Assembly: GCA_028717565.1 (NCBI GenBank)
Contig: JAQUNP010000002.1
Span: 90,054 to 154,053, forward strand
Reading direction: 5' to 3'
DNA: 64,000 nt
Source of the DNA: Patescibacteria group bacterium
GTDB lineage: Bacteria; Patescibacteriota; Kazan-3B-28
Positions 27,449 through 35,021 of the stretch are shown piece after piece; within the stretch, counting starts at the first letter, position 1; every line of letters begins with the position of its first letter. A program made the translations under genes and the position numbers. The notes beneath the pieces are model-generated. The model did not search any database and was not told where the DNA came from. It saw nothing but the letters and a program-made list of their open reading frames with translations.

Positions 27449-28417
27449 ATGGAAAAGATGAATACGGTAGAAAAAATCGGTGCGGTGATTGGTATAGCGC
27501 TCTTGTTGGTGGTTATCTTCTCTTCGCAAACCCCGTGGGATGTACATGGTAGCTTGGCTGCGACCGACAATCTAGACGAAGATGTCTATGTAGATGTTGA
27601 AGCGAGCGATGTGGTCAGTAAGTTGGTTGAGGGCGAGGCGTTTCAGCAGGCCTTTGTTGAATATGCTAAAGAAGCGGGTTGGGACGAAAAATTTGCAGAA
27701 GTTCTGCAAAGCGAGAGCGACGCAGTGTTTTTGCAAGGTGTAGTAAAAGCGGCTGCCCAGCGTAGTGATATTGGGGTAGCAAGTGTAGCTGATGTCATAC
27801 AAGAGCTGGATAGCCAAGAGGTGTCTGTGAGGGCTGACGCGACAATGTCACCGACCACTTCGACTAATTTGTTTATAAAGTTATGGACCGGGCTACGTGG
27901 CTTTTTTGCTAGGTTATTTGGTTTGGCGGCTGCGGATGCCATGGTGGCGCCGGGAGATAACGAAAAGGATGGCGGGTTGAATTTAATTCGTCAGCTTAAA
28001 GCATTACTTGCGGATATTGAAACAGCTCAAGCCGATTGCCCCTGCAAGATATTGATGCCAGCTACTTCACCGATTCCTTTGGTGTCTGATCCTAGTCAAG
28101 GCCAACCCCAGATATGGTTGTGGCCACTGGTTCAAGAATGTGATTGCAAAATTCCGGTTTATTGTCAGCCGGGCGCCAACGAGCAGTTGGCCGAGTGTTT
28201 ACGGCAAAAGAAAGCCAATGAACCCAAGCTGTGTGCGGGTAAGTGCTATAGTATCTATCCACCTTGTCTAGGCCCTGCAGTGGGTGGGCTTTGGACGGGA
28301 GTGATTACTGACCCCGGTTGTTATGAATCGGCTAAACGGGCCTGTTTTGAGGCACAGCGGGACTGTTTAGGGCAAACCGATTCTTATTTCCGTGGCGAGT
28401 TCAAACTAGTGAACTAG
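27449..28417 (+). CDS. Secreted protein with a C-terminal Cys-rich domain
   Basis: N-terminal TM or signal. The last ~110 aa carry 14 Cys. An alternative leaderless start is at 27458, 7 nt after the TATAAT at 27445-27450. Confidence 0.6.
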   Translation: MEKMNTVEKIGAVIGIALLLVVIFSSQTPWDVHGSLAATDNLDEDVYVDVEASDVVSKLVEGEAFQQAFVEYAKEAGWDEKFAEVLQSESDAVFLQGVVKAAAQRSDIGVASVADVIQELDSQEVSVRADATMSPTTSTNLFIKLWTGLRGFFARLFGLAAADAMVAPGDNEKDGGLNLIRQLKALLADIETAQADCPCKILMPATSPIPLVSDPSQGQPQIWLWPLVQECDCKIPVYCQPGANEQLAECLRQKKANEPKLCAGKCYSIYPPCLGPAVGGLWTGVITDPGCYESAKRACFEAQRDCLGQTDSYFRGEFKLVN

Positions 28418-29079
28418 CGCTTGTCTTTCAAGAACCAGACGAAAGACATCAGGACAGGCAGCAGACCGGCAATGATTATGCCAATCATGGGGATGTAAAA
28501 GTTTAGGGGAACTGACAGAAACGGTGTGGCAAAGAAAAGCAGTCCGCCGATTACAAAAGTGTAGGCGCCCAAGCGGTGGGTCTTTTTCCAGTTGTCTTCA
28601 CTCGAGAGGGTCCAGGGAGTGCGAATCCCCATGAAGAAATTGGACTTGATTTGAGTCATGTAGTTACCCAAGATAATAAAAAGTAAACCAACTGCCAACG
28701 GAACGATGGTGCCCATGGGGATCTGTTCGCCGACTAAGCCGCCCCAAGTGGAAACTGCATAGATGAGGGCAAAGAACCCCAATAAAAAGTTTTTGATGAC
28801 GGCGTAAAATCCCCAGGATTGCAAAAAGTGCTGACGGCGTGGCTCTATAAAAGGCAGTGCCAAAAGCAGCAGATAGATGCCTATAAACATGGCTGGCATA
28901 CCTAGGGCGTGTCCGAGTGGAGTGCTGTAACCATCTACCTGCCCCGCGGCGTTCCAATGTGAAGGGACAGGCCCGTCTAGCTGTGGATATGCCCAGACGG
29001 CAATGCCGATGATAATGATTATCATCAAAAGCGCAAACCATTCAGTTTTGAGTGTAAATTTTGGCTTAGATCTTTCCAT
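28414..29079 (-). CDS. sdpI: SdpI/YhfL-family membrane protein (DUF1648 plus SdpI)
   Basis: AGGAGG RBS. HWNAAGQVDGY (DUF1648-like) and GIRTPWTLSSEDNWKKTHR (SdpI-like). 6 TM helices. Confidence 0.72.
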   Translation of the reverse strand: MERSKPKFTLKTEWFALLMIIIIIGIAVWAYPQLDGPVPSHWNAAGQVDGYSTPLGHALGMPAMFIGIYLLLLALPFIEPRRQHFLQSWGFYAVIKNFLLGFFALIYAVSTWGGLVGEQIPMGTIVPLAVGLLFIILGNYMTQIKSNFFMGIRTPWTLSSEDNWKKTHRLGAYTFVIGGLLFFATPFLSVPLNFYIPMIGIIIAGLLPVLMSFVWFLKDKR

Positions 29080-29087
29080 CTTTCCTC

Positions 29088-29357
29088 CTATCTAAAGTTA
29101 TTTAAAAAATTATTCATTACATCGTAAAAAACGGTCGCATTGAGTGAATAATAAATCTTTTGGCCCTGGCGCTCGTCGTCGATTAAATTGGCGTTTTTTA
29201 AAATGTTCAAATGGTGACTGAGCGAAGGTTTGGAGATAGGGAAGTGGATAGCCAATTCGCTCGGGGTCATACTCCTTTTGCGTAGTTTTTTTAAGATGTC
29301 GCGCCGGATCGGGTCACTTAAGGCCCGAAATGCTGCTGAAACGTCTTTGATAGCCAT
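29088..29357 (-). CDS. sdpR: ArsR/SdpR-family transcriptional repressor
   Basis: FRALSDPIRRDILKKL...LSHHLNILKNANLI wHTH. Lies upstream of the sdpI-like gene. Confidence 0.85.
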   Translation of the reverse strand: MAIKDVSAAFRALSDPIRRDILKKLRKRSMTPSELAIHFPISKPSLSHHLNILKNANLIDDERQGQKIYYSLNATVFYDVMNNFLNNFR

Positions 29358-29422
29358 AATTAGATATTTAGATTATCGTCTAAATAATAATGTAAAAAAT
29401 TTTGGTTGTCAAATAGTTTAAA

Positions 29423-29451
29423 ATCAACGGCTCAAAATATGAGCCATTGAT
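29423..29451. terminator. Hairpin-family element (ATCAACGGCTCA-AAATA-TGAGCCATTGAT)
   Basis: 12-bp stem with one G-U pair. Same family as 16021, 41992, 42579 and 55274. Confidence 0.7.
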
Positions 29452-29524
29452 TCCCCCCGCATTTATTGCCCCTGCGAATCATTTAGAGTATCGTGGGGTA
29501 TTGATATAATCTAGATGTTGTCAG

Positions 29525-29559
29525 TGGGGCGTAGTTCCGGTGGACCGGAACAAGGCAAC
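29525..29559 (+). repeat. tRNA-Gln 5' fragment copy 1, interrupted by a hairpin
   Basis: TGGGGCGTAG + TTCCGG-TGGA-CCGGAA + CAAGGCAAC matches tRNA positions 1-10 and the D-arm 3' side of the intact gene at 29683. Confidence 0.75.
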
Positions 29560-29581
29560 CCGAAGGGAGTGTGACAAAGAG

Positions 29582-29633
29582 TGGGGCGTAGCCCCTGGCC
29601 GCGTCCCGCGTCCTGCGGGCAGGCAAGTGGCAA
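29582..29633 (+). repeat. tRNA-Gln 5' fragment copy 2, interrupted by a ~30-nt GC-rich hairpin
   Basis: TGGGGCGTAGCC + CCTGGCCGCGTCCCGCGTCCTGCGGGCAGG + CAAGTGGCAA. Confidence 0.75.
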
Positions 29634-29682
29634 AATTAAATCATTCTGGTAGTAAAGAAAAGTTAGATATCGTTACAAGTAT

Positions 29683-29756
29683 TGGGGCGTAGCCAAGTGG
29701 CAAGGCAACGGGTTTTGGTCCCGTGATCGTAGGTTCGAATCCTGCCGCCCCAGCCA
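29683..29756 (+). tRNA. tRNA-Gln (anticodon UUG), CCA encoded
   Basis: Hand-folded cloverleaf. Acceptor TGGGGCG/CGCCCCA with the U1-A72 pair typical of bacterial tRNA-Gln. Anticodon stem ACGGG/CCCGT with loop TTTTGGT. T-arm GTAGG-TTCGAAT-CCTGC. Discriminator G plus CCA. Confidence 0.93.
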
Positions 29757-29764
29757 GAAGGAAG

Positions 29765-29795
29765 CTCGGATTTTCATCCGAGGTTTCTTCTATTT
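29765..29795 (+). terminator. Terminator after tRNA-Gln
   Basis: CTCGGA-TTTTCA-TCCGAG followed by GTTTCTTCTATTT. Confidence 0.6.
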
Positions 29796-29879
29796 GGGCG
29801 TCGACGATTAGAACGTCCGCAGGGGTTCGCATACGATGTCCCGGTTGAACCGGGACGAGTGGGGGGACCCGCATCGTAG

Positions 29880-31091
29880 ATGTGGGAAACCTTCATTGCC
29901 GCCCCAGCCAAGAAAAAAGCAGGAGCTGGTTATAATGAGCTTGACCGGGAGCTGTTATTTAAATATTGTGAAGAGATCACGGGGGACGGTGATGTTCCCT
30001 TGATAAGGAGGTGTCTTACGGCTAAGGGTAAATTGAGAGTAAACCGTGCTCTAGCACGGCGCGTTTTTGACGCATTACTGGCGGCGCTAGAGCAAAAAGC
30101 ATTCCCTTATAATTTCGCTCAAGTTCCGCATCTGGATGAAAACTTCCCGAAAGGGATGACACTAGGTGGGGTGGAGGAGGCCCGGTTTTTGTTTGTTGTT
30201 TGCCTGTGGATGCGGGGAGGGATAAAAAGCACCACAGCATTTAAGCAGCTAGCGAGGGTATGGGAGGCGAGGGCGAACATTTTTGACCCGAGGTATGTGG
30301 CTGCACGCAAAAATTCGAAGAAGCTGGTGCGGGAGATTTCCGAGCTGCTGCAAGCGTGCGGTTTGAAATACAGGTCGGGCATGGCGTATGCGCCATATGA
30401 ATGGGTGTCCAACCTAACCAAGCTAGAATATTATTGGCACGGAGATCCGCGGCAGCTCTTTTACGGAGAAGGTGCAACCTGGGAAGATGCGTATGCTCGT
30501 ATCATTTCCACATATTCAGGCAACGGTGGCAAATTCGACCCCGATTCACCCAATGGGTTTTTGGGGTTTCGGGAAAAAATGGCCAGTATGCTGGGGTTCT
30601 TCTTGGCCGATCGGGGATTGCTCGATAGCGAGTCCTTTCCCATTCCGGTGGACTTCCACGTGATGCGAGTAATAGTGGAGTGTGGGATTATCGAGCTGCC
30701 GGATAGCTGGACGGGCTATGAATCGGACTGGAGACAGCTAGCTCAGCTGATTCGGGGGTTGACCCAGCAATACTGCGAAAAAGAAGAGCGTGACTGGAGA
30801 CGCTTAGGAGACGCCTTATGGTTGTTGTCGGGGAATGTGTGTAATCTCTACCCAGGCAATACCAGTGTGGTCGGCGAATATAACGCGCGCCAAACCTCGG
30901 TGGACTCTCGGGAGCTTATGTGGACTCCGATGCTGTCGATTAAATACTGGCAAACCTGTGGCCAGTGTCCGATAGAGCAGTTTTGCAAGCATTGTGTTCC
31001 GTCAGCTCTGTATTATCGGCAAGGCCGATTGGACATTAGGGGTAAGCACACTAAACCCCAGGGGCTCTTTTCTGAAATCGACGCCGGATAG
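29880..31091 (+). CDS. HhH-GPD-superfamily DNA glycosylase-like protein with a C-terminal Cys cluster
   Basis: GFREKMASMLGFFLADRGLL...PIPVDFHVMRV resembles the EndoIII/MutY HhH plus VDTHVxRV block. C-terminal CGQCPIEQFCKHC looks like a FeS-cluster loop. GC-rich. Start is uncertain (no clear SD). Confidence 0.5.
   Translation: MWETFIAAPAKKKAGAGYNELDRELLFKYCEEITGDGDVPLIRRCLTAKGKLRVNRALARRVFDALLAALEQKAFPYNFAQVPHLDENFPKGMTLGGVEEARFLFVVCLWMRGGIKSTTAFKQLARVWEARANIFDPRYVAARKNSKKLVREISELLQACGLKYRSGMAYAPYEWVSNLTKLEYYWHGDPRQLFYGEGATWEDAYARIISTYSGNGGKFDPDSPNGFLGFREKMASMLGFFLADRGLLDSESFPIPVDFHVMRVIVECGIIELPDSWTGYESDWRQLAQLIRGLTQQYCEKEERDWRRLGDALWLLSGNVCNLYPGNTSVVGEYNARQTSVDSRELMWTPMLSIKYWQTCGQCPIEQFCKHCVPSALYYRQGRLDIRGKHTKPQGLFSEIDAG
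29897..29910 (+). repeat. 14-nt direct repeat of the tRNA-Gln 3' end (att-like)
   Basis: TGCCGCCCCAGCCA is identical to 29743-29756. It lies inside the first codons of the ORF at 29880. Confidence 0.7.
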
Positions 31092-31119
31092 TCACGGATG
31101 ACTAGCGGCGTCGTTTTTT
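31079..31119 (+). terminator. Intrinsic terminator
   Basis: CGACGCCG...CGGCGTCG 8-bp stem with an inner TAGTCA/TGACTA pairing, then TTTTTT. Confidence 0.8.
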
Positions 31120-31154
31120 GATCTAATAACTGCTCTGGGGGCGACTATTTATTG

Positions 31155-31182
31155 TTGACAACCACAAGGAGTTTGCTAGAAT
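31155..31182 (+). promoter_or_regulatory. Sigma70-like promoter
   Basis: TTGACA-16nt-TAGAAT upstream of 31241. Confidence 0.6.
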
Positions 31183-31240
31183 GCTTTCGCTGGAGGAAAC
31201 ATCTTCTGGCGCAAAATAAATACTGTACCGAGGTGAGGAG

Positions 31241-31603
31241 ATGGACGAGCAGAATGCTGTTCCGGATGAAAAGAAGCCAGCTCACATCGTAATCTGCGAG
31301 ATGCTGGGGGAGGTGGAGTGCACCAGCGACTTGCTTCTGTTGGCCGAAGTGGCGGCGCGGATGAAGATGCCCGACGGCGAGGCCGTCAACATGGTGCTGG
31401 AGGCCCTGGAGGCCGCTGGTGATCGGGTGTGTGGCCAGTTTAACAGCGACTTCGAACTCCTCTTCGCCGAAGTTGCCGGTTTACCTGGTCCCGAGGAGGA
31501 AGAGGAGGAGGCCGAGTACACCGAGGTCGAGACCGGTGAGCCGGCCGAGGAGACGGCGGCTGCTGGGGACACCGACCCCGGCGCGGAGAGGACGGGCGAC
31601 TAG
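31241..31603 (+). CDS. Hypothetical highly acidic protein
   Basis: GAGGTGAGGAG RBS. 120 aa with an acidic tail (PEEEEEEAEYTEVETGEPAEE). GC-rich. Confidence 0.55.
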   Translation: MDEQNAVPDEKKPAHIVICEMLGEVECTSDLLLLAEVAARMKMPDGEAVNMVLEALEAAGDRVCGQFNSDFELLFAEVAGLPGPEEEEEEAEYTEVETGEPAEETAAAGDTDPGAERTGD

Positions 31604-31634
31604 CCCAATCACCTTCTCCACGATCTTGTACCAC

Positions 31635-31668
31635 CCGACCGCATGGTTCGCCCAGCGGTCGGTTTTTT
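31635..31668 (+). terminator. Intrinsic terminator
   Basis: CCGACCGC...GCGGTCGG stem followed by TTTTTT. Confidence 0.8.
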
Positions 31669-31739
31669 ATAACGGCTATTTTATTTTTTTGGTAAAAGTA
31701 GATAATGGAGCCGATGGATATCAGTTTAATTGAGAAACA

Positions 31740-32426
31740 ATGAAAGCATGGGAATGGACAGGGGCAATTGTTGGTTTGCTTTTAGTGGTAGCGGCTGGTG
31801 TGTGGTATTACTATCAGCCAAATGAGCAAACGATAGGTGGGGATACAGACGAACACGGGTGTTTGATTGGTGCTGGTTTTGGTTGGGACGAGGAAGTAGG
31901 CGCCTGTACTCGCAATTGGGAAGTGGCTACAAACGAAGACAAGGCATTGGCCAAGTTGGCGGTTGCAGAAATCGGCAGCACGGACGGTTTGACGGTGACA
32001 AGCATTGAGGCGGCCGACTGTGAAGGTTGCTTTTATGTGTTGCTGAGCCAGGGTGCGGATGATAACCAACGCCGCTATCGGGTGACCATAGTCGACGGCA
32101 AGGTGGAGAAGGTGGGTGATATCACTGACGATCTGGCGGAAGTAGGAAATGACAACCCGGCGATGGTGGAGATTACCAATCTGTTTGCCCAAAAATACAA
32201 TGTTGATGTGTCACAGATTAAACTTAGGTTTGATCAGGACACTGGTACGCATATTCGCGGCGGAGTCAGCATTGGCCATCCGGGAGAAGTGGGCGGTGGC
32301 GGTAATTTCTTTGCGGCGATGGTGGATGGAAAGTATGAGTTGGTTTATGACGGCAATGGGGCTTTTGCCTGTTCACTTTTAGACGATTACGGGTTTCCTG
32401 CAAGCATGCAGGAGGGTTGTTATTAG
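31740..32426 (+). CDS. Hypothetical membrane-anchored secreted protein
   Basis: N-terminal TM (GAIVGLLLVVAAGVWYYY). DEHGCLIGAGFGWDEEVGACTRNWE Cys pair. Confidence 0.6.
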   Translation: MKAWEWTGAIVGLLLVVAAGVWYYYQPNEQTIGGDTDEHGCLIGAGFGWDEEVGACTRNWEVATNEDKALAKLAVAEIGSTDGLTVTSIEAADCEGCFYVLLSQGADDNQRRYRVTIVDGKVEKVGDITDDLAEVGNDNPAMVEITNLFAQKYNVDVSQIKLRFDQDTGTHIRGGVSIGHPGEVGGGGNFFAAMVDGKYELVYDGNGAFACSLLDDYGFPASMQEGCY

Positions 32427-32450
32427 GCGATAAACTCACAACTAGATACA

Positions 32451-32480
32451 AAAAACGGGCGCCCGAAGGCGCCCTGTTTG
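32451..32480. terminator. Bidirectional terminator between convergent genes
   Basis: AAAAAC-GGGCGCC-CGAA-GGCGCCC-TGTTTG. Confidence 0.8.
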
Positions 32481-32546
32481 ATAACGGACCCGTAGTCCTC
32501 GCTTGGTAGAGTTAGAATAGGCATCACCGATACCCCTCGTATGGGG

Positions 32547-32993
32547 TCATGTCGTAGCCGGTGCGTCGCTGCCCTTCATACTCATGGTCGCGCTGTTGTT
32601 GAGGTAGAGGTCGCTCGCCGACGGGGTACTCATGTCGAAGAGTCCGATGTCGACGTCGCTCACATAGATCGCGTAGGGTGCACTCGCCGTCGATGTGTCG
32701 TAGAAATGACATCGATGCGGCGTCGGCTCGGTGGCCATCATGTTGGTGTACGCGGTCACCGTCATCGCGGACTCGTTCGCAGTTGTCCCAGGCCGGGCCT
32801 CGCTGGCGAAGGAGTCGAGGGAGACCGCCCAGTCCGCAGACCACATGATCGCGGGTGCCGGGACGGAAGCACGCATGTCAGCGCCATAAACCGTTGCGTT
32901 CGCGCAAACGGGGCTGGCGCGGTCGGTGGCGGCGCTGACTGGTGTCGCAACCGTCAGTGCCAAAACCATGAAAACCAACAGCAAATAGCGCAT
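32547..32993 (-). CDS. Hypothetical secreted protein (GC-rich cassette)
   Basis: GGAGGT RBS. Signal peptide MRYLLLVFMVLALTVATPVSAA. The opposite-strand ORF at 32541-33032 is Arg-rich and looks like shadow sequence. Confidence 0.6.
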   Translation of the reverse strand: MRYLLLVFMVLALTVATPVSAATDRASPVCANATVYGADMRASVPAPAIMWSADWAVSLDSFASEARPGTTANESAMTVTAYTNMMATEPTPHRCHFYDTSTASAPYAIYVSDVDIGLFDMSTPSASDLYLNNSATMSMKGSDAPATT

Positions 32994-33146
32994 GTCCTCA
33001 ATACCTCCAGGTGCATTTTGACCTTACGCTAGAAGAAGGTATGATCCTCCCCCTAACGTTTTGATAATACTAGACGATACCAGTTTTTGTCAATCAGAGA
33101 GCCAAGTTTTTGGGTGGTCGGCATTTTGGGCGGGAGGCAGGGTATA

Positions 33147-33968
33147 ATGAAATCAATGACGAAAAAGGTTGGTTTAGCATTGAGCGGCGGCGGGGCTAGA
33201 GGTGTGGCACATATCGGTGTGCTAAAGGTTTTGGATGGCAGCGGTATTCCTATAGATTGTATTGCCGGTACTAGCATGGGAGCGTTGGTGGGAGCAATGT
33301 ATGCGCTAGATAGGAACATTGATTTTGTGGAGAAGTTTTTTGAAGAAGAGGGTAATTGGCAATCGGTGCTGGGTTTGGTGGATCCTACTTTACGAGACGG
33401 CCTGATTGATGCGGAGAAGTTTAGGGTGTGGATAAACGATATCTTTCGGGGCGCAACCTTTGAAACACTAAAAATCCCCTTGGCAGTAGCAACTACCGAT
33501 CTTACAACCGGTGAGGTGGTGGAAATTACCAGTGGTGATGTAGCCATGGCAGTATGGGCAAGTATGGCGGTTCCCCCGACTTTTAAGCCGATAGCGTATC
33601 AAGAAAAAGTTTTGGCAGACGGATGGTTTAGTGAGCCACTGCCAGTGGGGTTGGCAAGAAAAATGGGAGCAGAGGTTGTGGTGGCGTCTATGTTGAGCAT
33701 TGGTGGTATGAGACGAGAGTTGGACAGAAAGGCGCGCAATTTGGTAGTGGATGCTACGACTCGGGGATTCAACATCATGGCGCATAATTTAATGCTGCAT
33801 GAGGCCGCAGGAGCCGATGTCTTGCTGTGGCCCCAGATAAAAAACATACCCTTTTTTAGCGAGGCAAGTGAACTAGCACACAGTGAAATGATAGCTGATG
33901 ATATTGCAGCCGGGGTCAGCGAGGCTACGGCAAGATTAGGTGATATTACTAAAGCAGTGGGAGGGTAG
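33147..33968 (+). CDS. Patatin-like phospholipase
   Basis: GLALSGGGARGVAHIGVL (oxyanion GGxR), GTSMGA (GxSxG), and a downstream DG (LADGWF). Confidence 0.88.
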   Translation: MKSMTKKVGLALSGGGARGVAHIGVLKVLDGSGIPIDCIAGTSMGALVGAMYALDRNIDFVEKFFEEEGNWQSVLGLVDPTLRDGLIDAEKFRVWINDIFRGATFETLKIPLAVATTDLTTGEVVEITSGDVAMAVWASMAVPPTFKPIAYQEKVLADGWFSEPLPVGLARKMGAEVVVASMLSIGGMRRELDRKARNLVVDATTRGFNIMAHNLMLHEAAGADVLLWPQIKNIPFFSEASELAHSEMIADDIAAGVSEATARLGDITKAVGG

Positions 33969-33970
33969 CA

Positions 33971-34900
33971 ATGGAAAAGTCATACAACTATGCGAGAGAC
34001 GCATTTATATATTTGCTCTCGTACGCTACTTTGCTGATCGTGGCAGTGGCACTCAATTTTTTGACCAAAGCTCTGATTGGTCGAGTGATTCCGGATGTGG
34101 CTGAAGTGGGTGATTTTATGCATGATGACCGCACTATCATCGGCTTCTTGGCGGCACTGATTATTGCCTTCCCAATATTTTGGTACATCAGTTGGCGGGC
34201 TAATAAAATGTTAGCGAAAAGCGAGATGAAGCCAAACACTGGTGTGCGGTTGTGGCTGATTTATATCACTTTGGTCGTGGTTATATTGGTTATCATTGCG
34301 CAGCTCATTGCTTTGTTTTTAACCTTTTTGCAGGGGGCGGTGGGTTTGAGGGTGCTTTTGGGAGCATTGGTGACGATTGCCATTGCGGTGAGTATATTGA
34401 TGTATCAGTGGTGGCACCTACGCGCTTTTGGTGACAAACCACTTTGGCCCAAAAGTTGGTTCAAGATTTTTGAGTGGAAGGCCCTGATTTTGGTGGCGGC
34501 GGTGGTTGTGTGGGCTTTCGCTAGCGTCGGTAGTCCCTCTGCACAACGGGCTAAGCGGTTTGACGAGATGCGGACGGAGAGATTGCGCAGCATCCAGTGG
34601 GCGGTTGAAGATTTCTACGGCTTAAAAGACAATATCAACTTTGGTCGGCTGCCGAATGCGTTGGAGGAACTCCAGGCCAATAAACGTTACTTTATTGATG
34701 AAGAGAGTCTGATAGATCCTAAAACGGGAGAGGGTTTTGAATATCGCCCATTGAGCGCTACTAGCTACGAACTGTGTGCTGTTTTTGAGACGGCTAGTGA
34801 CGCTGACTCTACGGTGCCACGACTGCCGGAGGAGTCGGGCAAGATTTTGCCGTTTGAGCATGAGGCGGGTCGGACCTGTTTTGAGCTAAGTGTGAAATAG
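33971..34900 (+). CDS. Polytopic membrane protein (DUF5671-like N-terminus)
   Basis: Four to five TM helices. The N-terminal ARDAFIYLLSYATLLIVAVAL pattern supports a tentative family call. Confidence 0.6.
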   Translation: MEKSYNYARDAFIYLLSYATLLIVAVALNFLTKALIGRVIPDVAEVGDFMHDDRTIIGFLAALIIAFPIFWYISWRANKMLAKSEMKPNTGVRLWLIYITLVVVILVIIAQLIALFLTFLQGAVGLRVLLGALVTIAIAVSILMYQWWHLRAFGDKPLWPKSWFKIFEWKALILVAAVVVWAFASVGSPSAQRAKRFDEMRTERLRSIQWAVEDFYGLKDNINFGRLPNALEELQANKRYFIDEESLIDPKTGEGFEYRPLSATSYELCAVFETASDADSTVPRLPEESGKILPFEHEAGRTCFELSVK

Positions 34901-34925
34901 GTCAGAGGTTTGGTTGAATCATCCA

Positions 34926-34957
34926 AACGCCGCCCCCTTTCAGGGGCGGCGTTTTTG
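34926..34957 (+). terminator. GC-stem terminator, copy 1 of a duplicated pair
   Basis: AACGCCGCCCC-CTTTCA-GGGGCGGCGTTTTTG. The same stem recurs at 37226. Confidence 0.85.
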
Positions 34958-34979
34958 CTGTCTGGGAGCTGATTTGGGG

Positions 34980-35008
34980 TTGACAGGGGGGCTGGTTTCA
35001 GCTAAAAT
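34980..35008 (+). promoter_or_regulatory. Sigma70-like promoter of the 35.0-37.2 kb cassette
   Basis: TTGACA-17nt-TAAAAT. Confidence 0.65.
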
Positions 35009-35021
35009 GCTACCATCTTGG

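Noticed and set aside
32541-33032. 163-aa + strand ORF, and other frames, in the 32.5-33.0 kb GC-rich segment
   Set aside because: It is Arg/Gly/Val-rich as expected for out-of-frame GC-rich sequence. It has no RBS, and the terminator orientation and signal peptide favour the minus-strand frame. Some uncertainty remains.
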